A stretch of 64,000 nt of DNA from Dehalococcoidia bacterium (GTDB taxonomy: Bacteria > Chloroflexota > Dehalococcoidia > SM23-28-2 > HRBIN24): assembly GCA_025062275.1 (NCBI GenBank), contig JANXAP010000007.1:113779-177778 (forward strand). The letters are read 5' to 3'. The translations under genes and the position numbers were made by a program. Positions within the stretch are counted from its first letter, which is position 1. Each line of letters opens with the position of its first letter. Positions 36,667 to 45,968 of this stretch are shown piece after piece. The notes beneath the pieces are model-generated. The model was not told the origin of the DNA. It did no database searches and worked only from the letters and a program-made list of their open reading frames with translations.

Positions 36667-37092
36667 ATGTCAGCCGACGAGCAGCGCTGGCCCCTGAAGG
36701 TCTTCGACGCCTCCGGCCGCGAGTGCGTCGGTGGCGTCCTGCTGGTCGAGCGCTGGCGGGACGAGCTAGGGCGCCCCAGCGATAACGAGGATTTCCGCAT
36801 AGTCGTGCTGGCCACACCGGCCGAAGACGTCCGCCCCGAGGGATCGATCGTCGTTTGCCCGCTAGAGACGACTGCGGAGGCCAGCCCTCTGGCCGAGGTG
36901 CTGAACGAGTCCATGGTGGGCCAGGTGCGTCGCGTCCTGGCCGAGGCACGAGTGCGCCGCGCCCTCGCTCCCGTGCTGGAGGCCCTGCAGCAGGGCCGCG
37001 CACCAGGTCAGGAGGAGATGGACAGGGCCCTCGCCCGCGTTCGGCAGGTCTTGGAGCGTTCCTGCCGCGCCCTCGGGAGCGGCCAGCGCTAA
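36667..37092 (+). CDS. Hypothetical protein (141 aa)
   Basis: ATG 36667 has a TATACT -10-like box at 36629..36634. The GC3-rich codon pattern is consistent with coding. I recognise no motif. Confidence 0.45.
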   Translation: MSADEQRWPLKVFDASGRECVGGVLLVERWRDELGRPSDNEDFRIVVLATPAEDVRPEGSIVVCPLETTAEASPLAEVLNESMVGQVRRVLAEARVRRALAPVLEALQQGRAPGQEEMDRALARVRQVLERSCRALGSGQR

Positions 37093-37095
37093 GCG

Positions 37096-37686
37096 ATGGC
37101 GGCCGAAAAGTGGGTGGTAGTGGGCCTGGGCAATCCCGGCCCCGAGTATGCCGAGACCAGACACAACGCCGGCTCCCGCTGCCTGGCCCGTTTGGCCCGC
37201 CGCCACGGCATCGAGCTGCGGCCCCATCGCCTCTATTCCCTGGGGCGGGGCAGCATAGGCGGGGCGGAAGTGGTGCTGGCTCGCAGTCGCGTCTTCATGA
37301 ACGAAAGCGGCCGGGCCGTGGCCTTCCTGTTGCGTCAGGAACGACTACCTACTACACGCCTGCTGGTGGTGTGCGACGACCTGGACCTGCCCCTGGGCAA
37401 GCTGCGCCTGCGCCCCCGCGGGGGGCACGGCGGCCACAATGGCCTGCGTTCGGTCATCGACCACCTGGGCACCGACGACTTCCCCCGTCTGCGCATCGGC
37501 ATCGGTCGGCCCGTGCGGGACGGGCACCCCGTCACCGACCCCGACCTGGTGGCCCGATACGTCCTGTCGGTGCCTACAGCTGAGGAGCGCCCCCTCCTGG
37601 AGCAGGCGCTGGAGACGGCCTGCGACGCCATCGAGGTCGTCCTGGCGGAGGGGCTGGAGGCGGCCATGAACCGCTATAACCCCTAG
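37096..37686 (+). CDS. pth: Peptidyl-tRNA hydrolase
   Basis: VVGLGNPGPEYAETRHNAG, the DDLDLPLGKLRLR motif, and GGHNGLRS. Confidence 0.95.
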   Translation: MAAEKWVVVGLGNPGPEYAETRHNAGSRCLARLARRHGIELRPHRLYSLGRGSIGGAEVVLARSRVFMNESGRAVAFLLRQERLPTTRLLVVCDDLDLPLGKLRLRPRGGHGGHNGLRSVIDHLGTDDFPRLRIGIGRPVRDGHPVTDPDLVARYVLSVPTAEERPLLEQALETACDAIEVVLAEGLEAAMNRYNP

Positions 37687-37714
37687 CCCGACCCCTGCTA
37701 GAATCATGAGTGGA

Positions 37715-37739
37715 GGGGCCCCGTGAGGCACGGGGCCCC
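37715..37739 (+). other. GC-rich stem-loop between pth and mfd (terminator and/or leader structure)
   Basis: GGGGCCCCGTG-AGG-CACGGGGCCCC, an 11-bp perfect stem. It lies 10 nt after an extended -10 (TGcTAGAAT, 37696..37704) and 13 nt before ATG 37753. Confidence 0.55.
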
Positions 37740-37752
37740 TTGTGGCGTTGGC

Positions 37753-40700
37753 ATGGACCTCAGGACGCTCCTGGACGTGGTGGTATCGGCCCCCTCCCTG
37801 CAAAGGGCGGCGGCCCTGGCCTCCTCGCACCGCATCCACCTGACTCTGGGCGTCCCCGATGCCGCCAAGGCAGCCACGGCGGCGGCCCTCTTCCGGGCTA
37901 CCGGCCGTAGCCTCCTGCTGGTGGTGCCCAGGCCCGAGCAGGCGGAGGCGCTGGCCGAAGAGCTGGCCGCCTGGCTGGGTGAGGGGGAACCGATGCTCCT
38001 TTTCCCCGATCGGGAAGCCCTCCCTTACGAGCGCCTGGCACCTGACCTGGAGGCGGTGGCGGGGCGGCTGCGCGTACTGGCACGATTGCGCCACGGTGGG
38101 CCAGCCCTGGTGGTGGCCTCGGCGCGGGCACTGGCCCAGCGCACCATCACCCCGCAGGAGCTGGCCGCTGCGTCTCCCGTTCTGCGCCCGGGAGACCTTC
38201 TGGAGCCGGAGCATTTCCTGCGTTCGCTCCTGGCCTGGGGCTACTCTCTGGAGCCGGTAGTGGAGAGGCCCGGGCAGGCAGCCCGCCGCGGCGGCATAGT
38301 GGACGTCTTCCCGCCTACCGAGCAACTGCCGCTGCGCATCGAGCTGTGGGGCAACCGCATCGAGAGCCTGCGCCGCTTCGACCCAGAGACGCAGCGCTCC
38401 CTGGGAGCCGTCCCGGAGGCGGAGCTGGGACCGGCCCGGGAAGCGCTGTTCGCTCGTCCCTGGCCGTCCTGGGCCGATGAGCTGGACTTCTCTCCTTTAC
38501 CTCCCGAAGGTCAGCAGCGGTTCCGCCGCGAGCTGGAAGAACTGGCCCAGTCCCAGGCCAGCCAAGACGACCATTTCTGGGTTCCGTTCTTCGCCCGCGG
38601 CACCTTGCTGGAACACCTTCCGGCCGACGCCCTGCTGGTGGTCGATGAGCGCCCCGAGCTGATGGCCTTCCTGCGGGAACTGGAGGGGCAGTCCCTGGCG
38701 GCCCGCTCGGAGATGGAGGAGCGAGGCGAATTGCCTCGCGGCCTGCCCCTTCCCCACCAGCCCGCTGCCGAGGTGCTCTCGGCCCTTGAGGGGGCGGACA
38801 GACTCCTGTGGCTGTCGCGTTGGGCCAGCGGCGACGAGGGGGAGGCCGCCCTGCGCCTGCCCTTCGCCCCCGCCCAGGGCTTCGGTGGCCAGCTGCGACG
38901 CCTCCTCACCGAGGCCATGCGCGAGTCGCGCCGGGGCATGCGAGTCGTCATCGTCTCCCAGCAAGCTCCCAGGCTGTCGGAGCTGCTGGCGGAGCAGGGG
39001 CAGCCCGAGGGTGTGGAGGTGGTCCACGGCTCCCTTTCGGGCGGGTGGCGCCTGGAGGAAGGCGATGCACGCCTGCTGCTCCTGAGCGACCGAGAGGTCT
39101 TCGGCACCAGCAAGGAGCGGCGTCCCCAGCCGCGCCGCTACCTCACGGCCCAGGTCTTCCTTTCCGAACTCTCCCCTGGCGACTACGTCGTGCACACGGA
39201 CCACGGCATCGGCCGCTTCCGGGGGCTGGTGCGTTCCAGCCTGGACGGGGTCGAGCGTGAGTACCTCGAGCTTGAGTATGCCGAGGGCGACCGGCTGCTG
39301 GTGCCCGTGGACCAGATGGACCGGGTGGCCCGCTATCTGGGCCCTAGCGACCACGAGCCACGCCTCACCCGCCTCGGCTCCGGCGAATGGCAGAAGACCA
39401 AGCAGCGGGTGCGCCAGGCCGTGGCCGACCTGGCCCGGGAGCTGGTGACCATCTACGCGGCGCGGGAGGTATTCCCGGGCCACCCCTTCCCGCCCGACAC
39501 CCCCTGGCAGCTGGAGCTGGAGGCCTCCTTTCCTTATCTGGAGACGCCTGACCAGTTGGCCGCCATCGCCGAGGTCAAACGGGACATGGAGTCGCCCAGG
39601 CCCATGGACCGTCTCATCTGCGGCGACGTGGGCTATGGCAAGACGGAGATCGCCCTGCGGGCCGCCTTCAAGGCGGCCATGGACGGCAAACAGGTGGCGG
39701 TGCTGGTGCCCACCACCGTCCTGGCCCAACAGCACTACGAGACTTTCCGCCGACGCCTGGCGCCCTTCCCGGTGCGGGTAGGCCTTCTCTCCCGCTTCCT
39801 GTCGGAACGGGAACAGAGGGAGGTGGTGAAGGCCCTGGCCGAAGGCAGCCTGGACATCGTCATCGGCACCCATCGCCTGCTGCAGCGGGACGTGCGCTTC
39901 AAGGACCTGGGGCTGGTGATCATCGATGAGGAGCAGCGCTTCGGCGTGGCCCACAAGGAGCACCTGAAGAAACTGCGACGGGAGGTGGACGTCCTCACCC
40001 TCTCGGCCACCCCTATCCCCCGCACCCTTTACATGGCATTGGGAGGCGTGCGGGACATGTCCCTGCTGGAGACGCCCCCCGAGTCGCGGCTCCCCATCAA
40101 GACCTACGTTGCCCAATACGATGGACGGCTGGTGAGGGAGGCCATCCGCCGCGAGCTGGCGCGGGGAGGGCAGGTCTTCTACGTCCACAACCGAGTGCAC
40201 AGCATCGGCGAGGCGGCGCGGCGGGTGCAGGAGCTGGTGCCCGAGGCGCGCATCGCCATCGCCCACGGCCAGATGGACGAGGAAGAGCTGGCCCTGGTGA
40301 TGGAGGAGTTCGTGGGCGGCCGCATCGATGTCCTGGTCTGCACCACCATCATCGAGTCGGGACTGGACATCCCCAACGTCAACACCATCGTCATCGAGGA
40401 CGCCGACCGGCTGGGGCTGGCCCAGCTCTACCAGCTGCGGGGGAGGGTCGGACGCGGTGCTCACCGCGCCTACGCCTATCTGCTCTACGACCCCAGGGGG
40501 CAGCTGTCGGAGACAGCCAAGCGTCGGCTTCAGGCCATATTCGAGGCCACCGAGCTGGGAGCCGGCTTCCAGATAGCGCTGCGCGACCTGGAGATACGGG
40601 GGGCTGGCAACTTGCTGGGGCCGGAGCAGAGCGGCCACATGGCCGCAGTGGGGCTAGACCTCTACTCTCGTCTGCTGGCCGAGGCGGCCCGTCGCCTGCG

Positions 40701-41199
40701 GGCTGCCATGCGGGGGGAGGTGCCGCCCCCGGCCAAGGAAGGGCCGGAGGTCATCGTCGACCTGCCCATCAGCGGCTACCTGCCTGAAAGCTATGTGCCC
40801 GATCTGAACCAGCGCCTCGCCCTCTACCAGCGGCTGGCCGAGGCCCCCTCCCCCGAGGCGGTGGACGACATCGCCCAGGAGATGCGCGACCGCTTCGGCC
40901 CCCTGCCACCACCGGCCGAGGGCCTGCTAGAGGTGGCCCGCCTGCGCTCCCTGGTCCGTCGGGCAGGGGTGCGCTCCCTGGCCGTGGAGGGAGGGACGCT
41001 GGTGATGCGCATGGCCGAAGGACGGAGGCTGCCTCCCTCGGCGCTGCCCCAGCCCCTGCCGCGGGGAGTAGAGGCGGGCCCCACCTCCCTTCGCCTCGAC
41101 CCTGTGGTGCTGGGAGACGCCTGGCGCAAGCTGTTGCGAGAGGTCCTGGAGGGCATTAGCAGGGCTGTGGAGGCGAATGGGGAAAAGATGGGGAAATAG
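37753..41199 (+). CDS. mfd: Transcription-repair coupling factor
   Basis: UvrB-homology N-terminus, an RNAP-interaction domain, helicase motifs (GDVGYGKTE, DEEQRFG, LSATPIPRT, GQVFYVHNR) and a TRG motif region. ATG 37753 is preferred because GTG 37723 lies inside the hairpin. Confidence 0.95.
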   Translation: MDLRTLLDVVVSAPSLQRAAALASSHRIHLTLGVPDAAKAATAAALFRATGRSLLLVVPRPEQAEALAEELAAWLGEGEPMLLFPDREALPYERLAPDLEAVAGRLRVLARLRHGGPALVVASARALAQRTITPQELAAASPVLRPGDLLEPEHFLRSLLAWGYSLEPVVERPGQAARRGGIVDVFPPTEQLPLRIELWGNRIESLRRFDPETQRSLGAVPEAELGPAREALFARPWPSWADELDFSPLPPEGQQRFRRELEELAQSQASQDDHFWVPFFARGTLLEHLPADALLVVDERPELMAFLRELEGQSLAARSEMEERGELPRGLPLPHQPAAEVLSALEGADRLLWLSRWASGDEGEAALRLPFAPAQGFGGQLRRLLTEAMRESRRGMRVVIVSQQAPRLSELLAEQGQPEGVEVVHGSLSGGWRLEEGDARLLLLSDREVFGTSKERRPQPRRYLTAQVFLSELSPGDYVVHTDHGIGRFRGLVRSSLDGVEREYLELEYAEGDRLLVPVDQMDRVARYLGPSDHEPRLTRLGSGEWQKTKQRVRQAVADLARELVTIYAAREVFPGHPFPPDTPWQLELEASFPYLETPDQLAAIAEVKRDMESPRPMDRLICGDVGYGKTEIALRAAFKAAMDGKQVAVLVPTTVLAQQHYETFRRRLAPFPVRVGLLSRFLSEREQREVVKALAEGSLDIVIGTHRLLQRDVRFKDLGLVIIDEEQRFGVAHKEHLKKLRREVDVLTLSATPIPRTLYMALGGVRDMSLLETPPESRLPIKTYVAQYDGRLVREAIRRELARGGQVFYVHNRVHSIGEAARRVQELVPEARIAIAHGQMDEEELALVMEEFVGGRIDVLVCTTIIESGLDIPNVNTIVIEDADRLGLAQLYQLRGRVGRGAHRAYAYLLYDPRGQLSETAKRRLQAIFEATELGAGFQIALRDLEIRGAGNLLGPEQSGHMAAVGLDLYSRLLAEAARRLRAAMRGEVPPPAKEGPEVIVDLPISGYLPESYVPDLNQRLALYQRLAEAPSPEAVDDIAQEMRDRFGPLPPPAEGLLEVARLRSLVRRAGVRSLAVEGGTLVMRMAEGRRLPPSALPQPLPRGVEAGPTSLRLDPVVLGDAWRKLLREVLEGISRAVEANGEKMGK

Positions 41200-41246
41200 T
41201 CTAACGTTTCCCCTATTGTTCTCCGTTGGAGCTTAAACTTTCTGGG

Positions 41247-41275
41247 TTGACACGCTCGGGGCCCTCCCTTAACAT
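41247..41275 (+). promoter_or_regulatory. Candidate sigma-70-type promoter
   Basis: TTGACA (41247..41252), a 17-nt spacer, then TAACAT (41270..41275). The downstream ORF start, GTG 41284, is 9 nt away. Confidence 0.35.
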
Positions 41276-41283
41276 GGGCCATC

Positions 41284-42114
41284 GTGAAGGCCGTCACGGA
41301 GGCCCCCTATAGGGGAGGGAGGGGCGGTGGCGGTAGCAAGGAGGGGCACAACGAGCATCGGGCGCGGGTCCTCCTCCTGGCCGGCGCCTACGGCCTGGGG
41401 CTACTGGCCTATCTGACCATCGAGCCCACCCAGGTCTGGCTCCTTCTGCTTCTCGCCCTGATGGCAGCCCTGGGAACGGACGGCATAGTCCGCGCCCACC
41501 CCCACACCCCATTCCGTCGCCTGGATGACACCGCCCTCCACCTTTTCCTGCCGGTGACCTACGCCCTCGGCTCGGCCATTTTCCTGGAGAGCGTGGTCGG
41601 AGGCTACTGGTCGGTGCCGGCAGCCCTGGCCATGTCCTTGCCTTTCGCCCTGCTGGTCCATGCCGAATACGTCAGCGCCGACCAGTCCGACGAGGGCTAT
41701 CACACCGCCCGCGTCCTGCTCAACATGGCCACCTATCTGACCGCTTTCCTCTTCTTCGCCACCCTGTACCGGGAGGACCTGGACCTGCACCTGCTGGTGC
41801 GCACGGTGGCAGTGGGGGTGGTTTCGCTACTGTTGGCGGTGGACGTACTGCGGGAGGAGGCCCTGGAGGCACCCCGCACCCTGCTCTACGCCTTCGTGGT
41901 GGGCGCGCTGGTGGCCCAGGTGGCCTGGGGTGCCCACTTCCTGCCCCTGGAGAGCAATGCCGCCGCCGTCTTCCTGCTGCTGGCTTTTTACCTGGTGACA
42001 GGACTCTTGCATCAATACCTGGGTGAGCGGCTGGACCTGCGCACCGCCACCGAGTTCGGCGGCATCGCCTCCCTGGGGATGGCGGCGGTGGTGGTGGCCC
42101 ACCGCCTGGTCTGA
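41284..42114 (+). CDS. Polytopic membrane protein, unknown function
   Basis: About 7 hydrophobic helices follow a Gly/Arg-rich N-terminus. The GC3-rich codon pattern is consistent with coding. I recognise no motif. Confidence 0.55.
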   Translation: MKAVTEAPYRGGRGGGGSKEGHNEHRARVLLLAGAYGLGLLAYLTIEPTQVWLLLLLALMAALGTDGIVRAHPHTPFRRLDDTALHLFLPVTYALGSAIFLESVVGGYWSVPAALAMSLPFALLVHAEYVSADQSDEGYHTARVLLNMATYLTAFLFFATLYREDLDLHLLVRTVAVGVVSLLLAVDVLREEALEAPRTLLYAFVVGALVAQVAWGAHFLPLESNAAAVFLLLAFYLVTGLLHQYLGERLDLRTATEFGGIASLGMAAVVVAHRLV

Positions 42115-42149
42115 CCCTCCAATCGTCCCTTAATCTCCCGGCCCCTAGA

Positions 42150-43076
42150 ATGCAATGGCCTCCCGAACTCTCCGGAGAGGATGCCTTGCGCGTCTACTGG
42201 TGGTTGCTGGTGCTGGCAGCCCTCGGGGCTGCGGCCTGCGGTCGCGGGGCTGACATCCTCCTCTTCTCTCCCCTTCAGGAGGGGCCACAGGAGGCCAGCC
42301 CCACCCCTGGCGTAGAGCAGGCGCCCGTCCCATCCCAGCGCCTGCAGGAGCTGTCGCAGCAGGTACAGGCGCTGCTGGCCGATTACCCTGGACAGGTGTC
42401 CTTCGTGGCCTTGGATGCCGCCAGCGGTCAGGGGATCGCCATCAACTGGGACGAGCCGTTCATCGCCGCCAGCGTGATCAAGGTCTTCACCATGCTGACG
42501 GTGCTGCGAGACGTGGAGGAGGGCCTCTACTCCCTGGACGATGTGTGGGAAGACCTGCACCTGCTCATGGGCTACAGCGACAACGAGGCTAACGCCCGCC
42601 TCACCAACCTGGTGGGGCTGGCCCACATCAACGAGCTGATGCGCTCTCTGGGCCTCGAGAACAGCTCCTACAACCTCTGGCCAGGGGTGCCCGAGACCTA
42701 TGGAGATGCCACCGAGAACTACGTCACCGCCCACGATCTGGCCCGCGCCCTACTGGCCCTCTACCGTGGCGATGTGTTTCGCGACGAGCGAACGAGAGAT
42801 TTAGCCCTTTCCCTAATGAGCCCTCTCCTGGAGGTCGACCAGCTCATCCTGGTACGTTACCTGCCGGAGGGCGTGAGGGTGGCCCACAAGACAGGCGTCA
42901 TACCTCCCGACGACCACTATCCCAGCGTCCTGCACGATGTGGGCATCGTATTCCCGCCCCAGGGGGAACCTTACGTAGTGGTCTTCCTGTCGCAGGGGAA
43001 CGCCGACCATACTGCCGCCTACGACCTGGGGGCGGAGCTGTCGCTGCTGGCCTACCAGGCATTCGCCACGGCCTAG
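42150..43076 (+). CDS. Class A beta-lactamase-related serine hydrolase, probably a lipoprotein
   Basis: SxxK (ASVIKV), SDN (YSDNEAN) and KTG (AHKTGV) motifs. The N-terminus LLVLAALGAAACG looks like a lipobox. The true start may be the downstream in-frame TTG. Confidence 0.75.
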   Translation: MQWPPELSGEDALRVYWWLLVLAALGAAACGRGADILLFSPLQEGPQEASPTPGVEQAPVPSQRLQELSQQVQALLADYPGQVSFVALDAASGQGIAINWDEPFIAASVIKVFTMLTVLRDVEEGLYSLDDVWEDLHLLMGYSDNEANARLTNLVGLAHINELMRSLGLENSSYNLWPGVPETYGDATENYVTAHDLARALLALYRGDVFRDERTRDLALSLMSPLLEVDQLILVRYLPEGVRVAHKTGVIPPDDHYPSVLHDVGIVFPPQGEPYVVVFLSQGNADHTAAYDLGAELSLLAYQAFATA

Positions 43077-43078
43077 GC

Positions 43079-43717
43079 ATGTTCCTGGGAGTAGACCCTT
43101 CCTTCCCCGGCCGTCCCTCCAGTTACGCCTTGCTGGACCAGCGGCCCCGCTTGCTGGAGCTGGGGAGGACGGACGACGTGCCGGCACTGGTGGAGCGCAC
43201 CCGCCCTGTAGCAGTGGCAGTGGACGCCCCCCTCTTCCTGCCGCGAGGATGGGGTTGCCTGGACTGGCCCTGCAGCTGCGGCCGCTGCACGGCACCGCCC
43301 ACAGCCCGACGGCAGGCCGAGCTGGCCCTGGCGCCCCTGGGACTCTTCTGGACCACTAAGCGCGGTATCCTGAGGCCCCTGGTGGAGTGGGCCGTGGCCC
43401 TGCGCAAGGAGCTGGAGTCCCGTGGGTGGACGGTCTTGGAGGCCTATCCCCATGCCGCCAGGGTGAGGCTACTGGGCAGGCCGCCAGCGGCCAAGGCCAC
43501 CCGTCAGGGACGGTCCTGGACGCAGGCTGGCCTGGCGCGACTGGTGGAGGGCCTGCCCGACCCTGGAGAGTCGCTGCTGGGCCATGACGCGCTGGATGCC
43601 CTGCTGGCCGCCTACACTGCCTACCTGTGGTGGCTGGGCCGCGCCGAGTCCCTGGGCGATCCCGAGGAGGGCGTCATAGTAGTGCCAGCCGTTGCTGGGC
43701 AGAAGCCCCTATGCTAG
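43079..43717 (+). CDS. DUF429-family protein (predicted RNase H-like fold)
   Basis: MFLGVDPS...VAVDAPL and a C-terminal HDALDALLAAYTA pattern, as recalled for DUF429. Confidence 0.5.
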   Translation: MFLGVDPSFPGRPSSYALLDQRPRLLELGRTDDVPALVERTRPVAVAVDAPLFLPRGWGCLDWPCSCGRCTAPPTARRQAELALAPLGLFWTTKRGILRPLVEWAVALRKELESRGWTVLEAYPHAARVRLLGRPPAAKATRQGRSWTQAGLARLVEGLPDPGESLLGHDALDALLAAYTAYLWWLGRAESLGDPEEGVIVVPAVAGQKPLC

Positions 43718-43720
43718 CAT
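43692..43720 (+). promoter_or_regulatory. Candidate promoter for tRNA-Pro, embedded in the 3' end of the DUF429 gene
   Basis: TTGCTG (43692..43697), a 17-nt spacer, then TGcTAGCAT extended -10 (TAGCAT 43715..43720). The tRNA starts 11 nt later. Confidence 0.4.
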
Positions 43721-43730
43721 TTGAGTGGGT

Positions 43731-43807
43731 CGGGGCGTAGCGCAGCCTGGTAGCGCACCACAATGGGGTTGTGGAGGTCGCCGGTTCAAATCCGGCCGCC
43801 CCGACCA
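43731..43807 (+). tRNA. tRNA-Pro (anticodon GGG)
   Basis: Acceptor CGGGGCG/CGCCCCG, D arm GCGC..GCGC, anticodon arm CCACA-ATGGGGT-TGTGG, T arm GCCGG-TTCAAAT-CCGGC, discriminator A, encoded CCA. Confidence 0.9.
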
Positions 43808-43878
43808 GATTCCTTGCGACACCCCCAGCGTCAAAGCATTCCCGATGGCGTCTCCGTTTCCCGCACCAGCAGACGCGG

Positions 43879-43921
43879 TTGACGCCCCTTGCGGCGCCTC
43901 AATATTCTTATGGTGCCCATA
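43879..43921 (+). promoter_or_regulatory. Candidate acs promoter with an adjacent inverted-repeat operator
   Basis: TTGACG (43879..43884), an 18-nt spacer, then TATTCT (43903..43908), immediately followed by TATGGTGCCCATA (43909..43921; TATGG-N3-CCATA). Confidence 0.45.
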
Positions 43922-43950
43922 GCTAAGTACCGTCGAGAGGAAGGGTAAGC

Positions 43951-45915
43951 ATGGTCGAGAAGGTGCAGGCACCCATAGAGGCCCTCCTCAGGGAAGGCAG
44001 GACCTTCCCGCCGCCGGAGGGGTTCCGCCAGCGGGCCAACATCAATGACCCGGGCGTGTACGAGGAGGCGGAGCGGGACCCGCAGGCCTTCTGGGCCCGC
44101 TGGGCCGAGCAGCTCCACTGGTTCCAGAAGTGGCAACGGGTGCTGGAATGGAACCCGCCCTGGGCCAAGTGGTTCGTGGGCGGCAGGACCAACCTGGCCT
44201 ACAACTGTCTGGACCGCCATCTGGCAGGCGCACGCAAGAACAAGGCAGCCATCGTCTGGGAAGGGGAGCCAGGGGAAGTCCGCATCCTCACCTACTGGGA
44301 GCTGTACCGACAGGTCTGCAAGTTCGCCAACGTCCTCAAGTCCCTGGGGATCAGGAAGGGCGACCGCGTCACCATATACATGCCCCTCGTGCCCGAGGCA
44401 GCGATAGCCATGCTGGCCTGCGCCCGCATCGGTGCCGTCCACAGCGTCGTCTTCGGCGGCTTCTCGTCGGAGGCGCTGAGGGACCGCATCCAGGACGCCC
44501 AGGCCAAGGTGCTGGTAACCGCCGACGGCGGCTGGCGGAGGGGGAACATCGTCCCCCTCAAGCGCAACGCCGACGAGGCACTGCGAGAGTGCCCCACCAT
44601 TGAACACGTGGTCGTTTATCATCGCGGCTGTTACGAGCAGGCGCAGGTGCCCATGACCCCGGGCCGCGACCTGTGGTGGCACGAGCTGATGGCCCAGGCG
44701 CCTCTGGAGTGCCCGGCTGAAGAGGTGGACTCCGAAGACATGCTCTACATCCTCTACACCTCCGGCACCACAGGCAAGCCCAAGGGGGTGGTCCACACCA
44801 CCGGCGGCTACATGGTGGGCATCTACGCCACCACCAAGTGGGTGTTCGACCTCAAGGACGAAGACACATACTGGTGCACCGCCGACATCGGCTGGGTGAC
44901 GGGCCACAGTTACGTGGTCTACGGCCCTCTGCTCTGCGGCGCCACCACCCTCATGTACGAGGGCTCCCCCGATTGGCCGGAGCGGGACCGCTGGTGGGCC
45001 ATCGTGGAGCGGCACGGGGTGAACATCCTCTATACCGCCCCCACAGCGATCCGCACCTTCATGCGCTGGGGAGAGGAGTGGCCCGCCCGCCATGACCTGT
45101 CGTCCCTGCGGCTTCTGGGCAGCGTGGGCGAGCCCATCAACCCCGAGGCATGGGTCTGGTACTGGCGCAACATAGGCGGAGGCCGCTGCCCGGTGGTGGA
45201 CACCTGGTGGCAGACGGAGACGGGAATGATCATGATCACGCCCCTGCCGGGCATCACGGTCTGCAAGCCGGGCTCGGCCACACGGCCCTTCCCGGGAGTG
45301 GCCGCCGACGTGGTGGACGACCAGGGCAATTCGGTACCGGCCGGGGCTGGTGGTTACCTGGTGTTGACCCGCCCGTGGCCAGCCATGATGCGCACCATCT
45401 ACGGCGACCCCGATCGCTACGTCCAGCAGTACTGGAGCCGCTACCCGGGTATATATTTCACCGGCGACGGCGCCAAGCGCGACGAGGACGGCTATTTCTG
45501 GATCGTGGGCCGCATAGATGACGTGGTGAACGTGGCCGGCCACCGCATCGGCACCATGGAGGTGGAAAGCGCCCTGGTGGACCATCCCGCCGTGGCCGAG
45601 GCGGCCGTCATCGGCCGCTCCGACGAGGTGAAGGGTCAGGCCCTCTGGGCCTTCGTGACCGTCAAGGAGGGCACCGACCGCACCCCGTCGCTGGAGCAGG
45701 AGCTGCGGGAACACGTGGCCAAAAAGATCGGCGCCATCGCCCGTCCCGACCGCATCGTCTTCGCCGCGGAGCTGCCCAAGACCCGCTCGGGCAAGATCAT
45801 GCGCCGGTTGCTCCGGGACATCGCGGAGGGGCGGGCCTTGGGCGACACTACCACCCTGCAGGACCCGGCGGTAGTCCAGACCCTGCGGGAGCAATACGAG
45901 CACATGGAGGGCTAG
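43951..45915 (+). CDS. acs: Acetyl-CoA synthetase (AMP-forming)
   Basis: [15 protein letters not shown]..., [29 protein letters not shown], and the C-terminal [14 protein letters not shown]. Confidence 0.95.
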   Translation: MVEKVQAPIEALLREGRTFPPPEGFRQRANINDPGVYEEAERDPQAFWARWAEQLHWFQKWQRVLEWNPPWAKWFVGGRTNLAYNCLDRHLAGARKNKAAIVWEGEPGEVRILTYWELYRQVCKFANVLKSLGIRKGDRVTIYMPLVPEAAIAMLACARIGAVHSVVFGGFSSEALRDRIQDAQAKVLVTADGGWRRGNIVPLKRNADEALRECPTIEHVVVYHRGCYEQAQVPMTPGRDLWWHELMAQAPLECPAEEVDSEDMLYILYTSGTTGKPKGVVHTTGGYMVGIYATTKWVFDLKDEDTYWCTADIGWVTGHSYVVYGPLLCGATTLMYEGSPDWPERDRWWAIVERHGVNILYTAPTAIRTFMRWGEEWPARHDLSSLRLLGSVGEPINPEAWVWYWRNIGGGRCPVVDTWWQTETGMIMITPLPGITVCKPGSATRPFPGVAADVVDDQGNSVPAGAGGYLVLTRPWPAMMRTIYGDPDRYVQQYWSRYPGIYFTGDGAKRDEDGYFWIVGRIDDVVNVAGHRIGTMEVESALVDHPAVAEAAVIGRSDEVKGQALWAFVTVKEGTDRTPSLEQELREHVAKKIGAIARPDRIVFAAELPKTRSGKIMRRLLRDIAEGRALGDTTTLQDPAVVQTLREQYEHMEG

Positions 45916-45968
45916 GGCGGGCAGGCAGCGCCTGCAGCCGCCGTCACATCGCTGGCAGGAGGGGAGCC

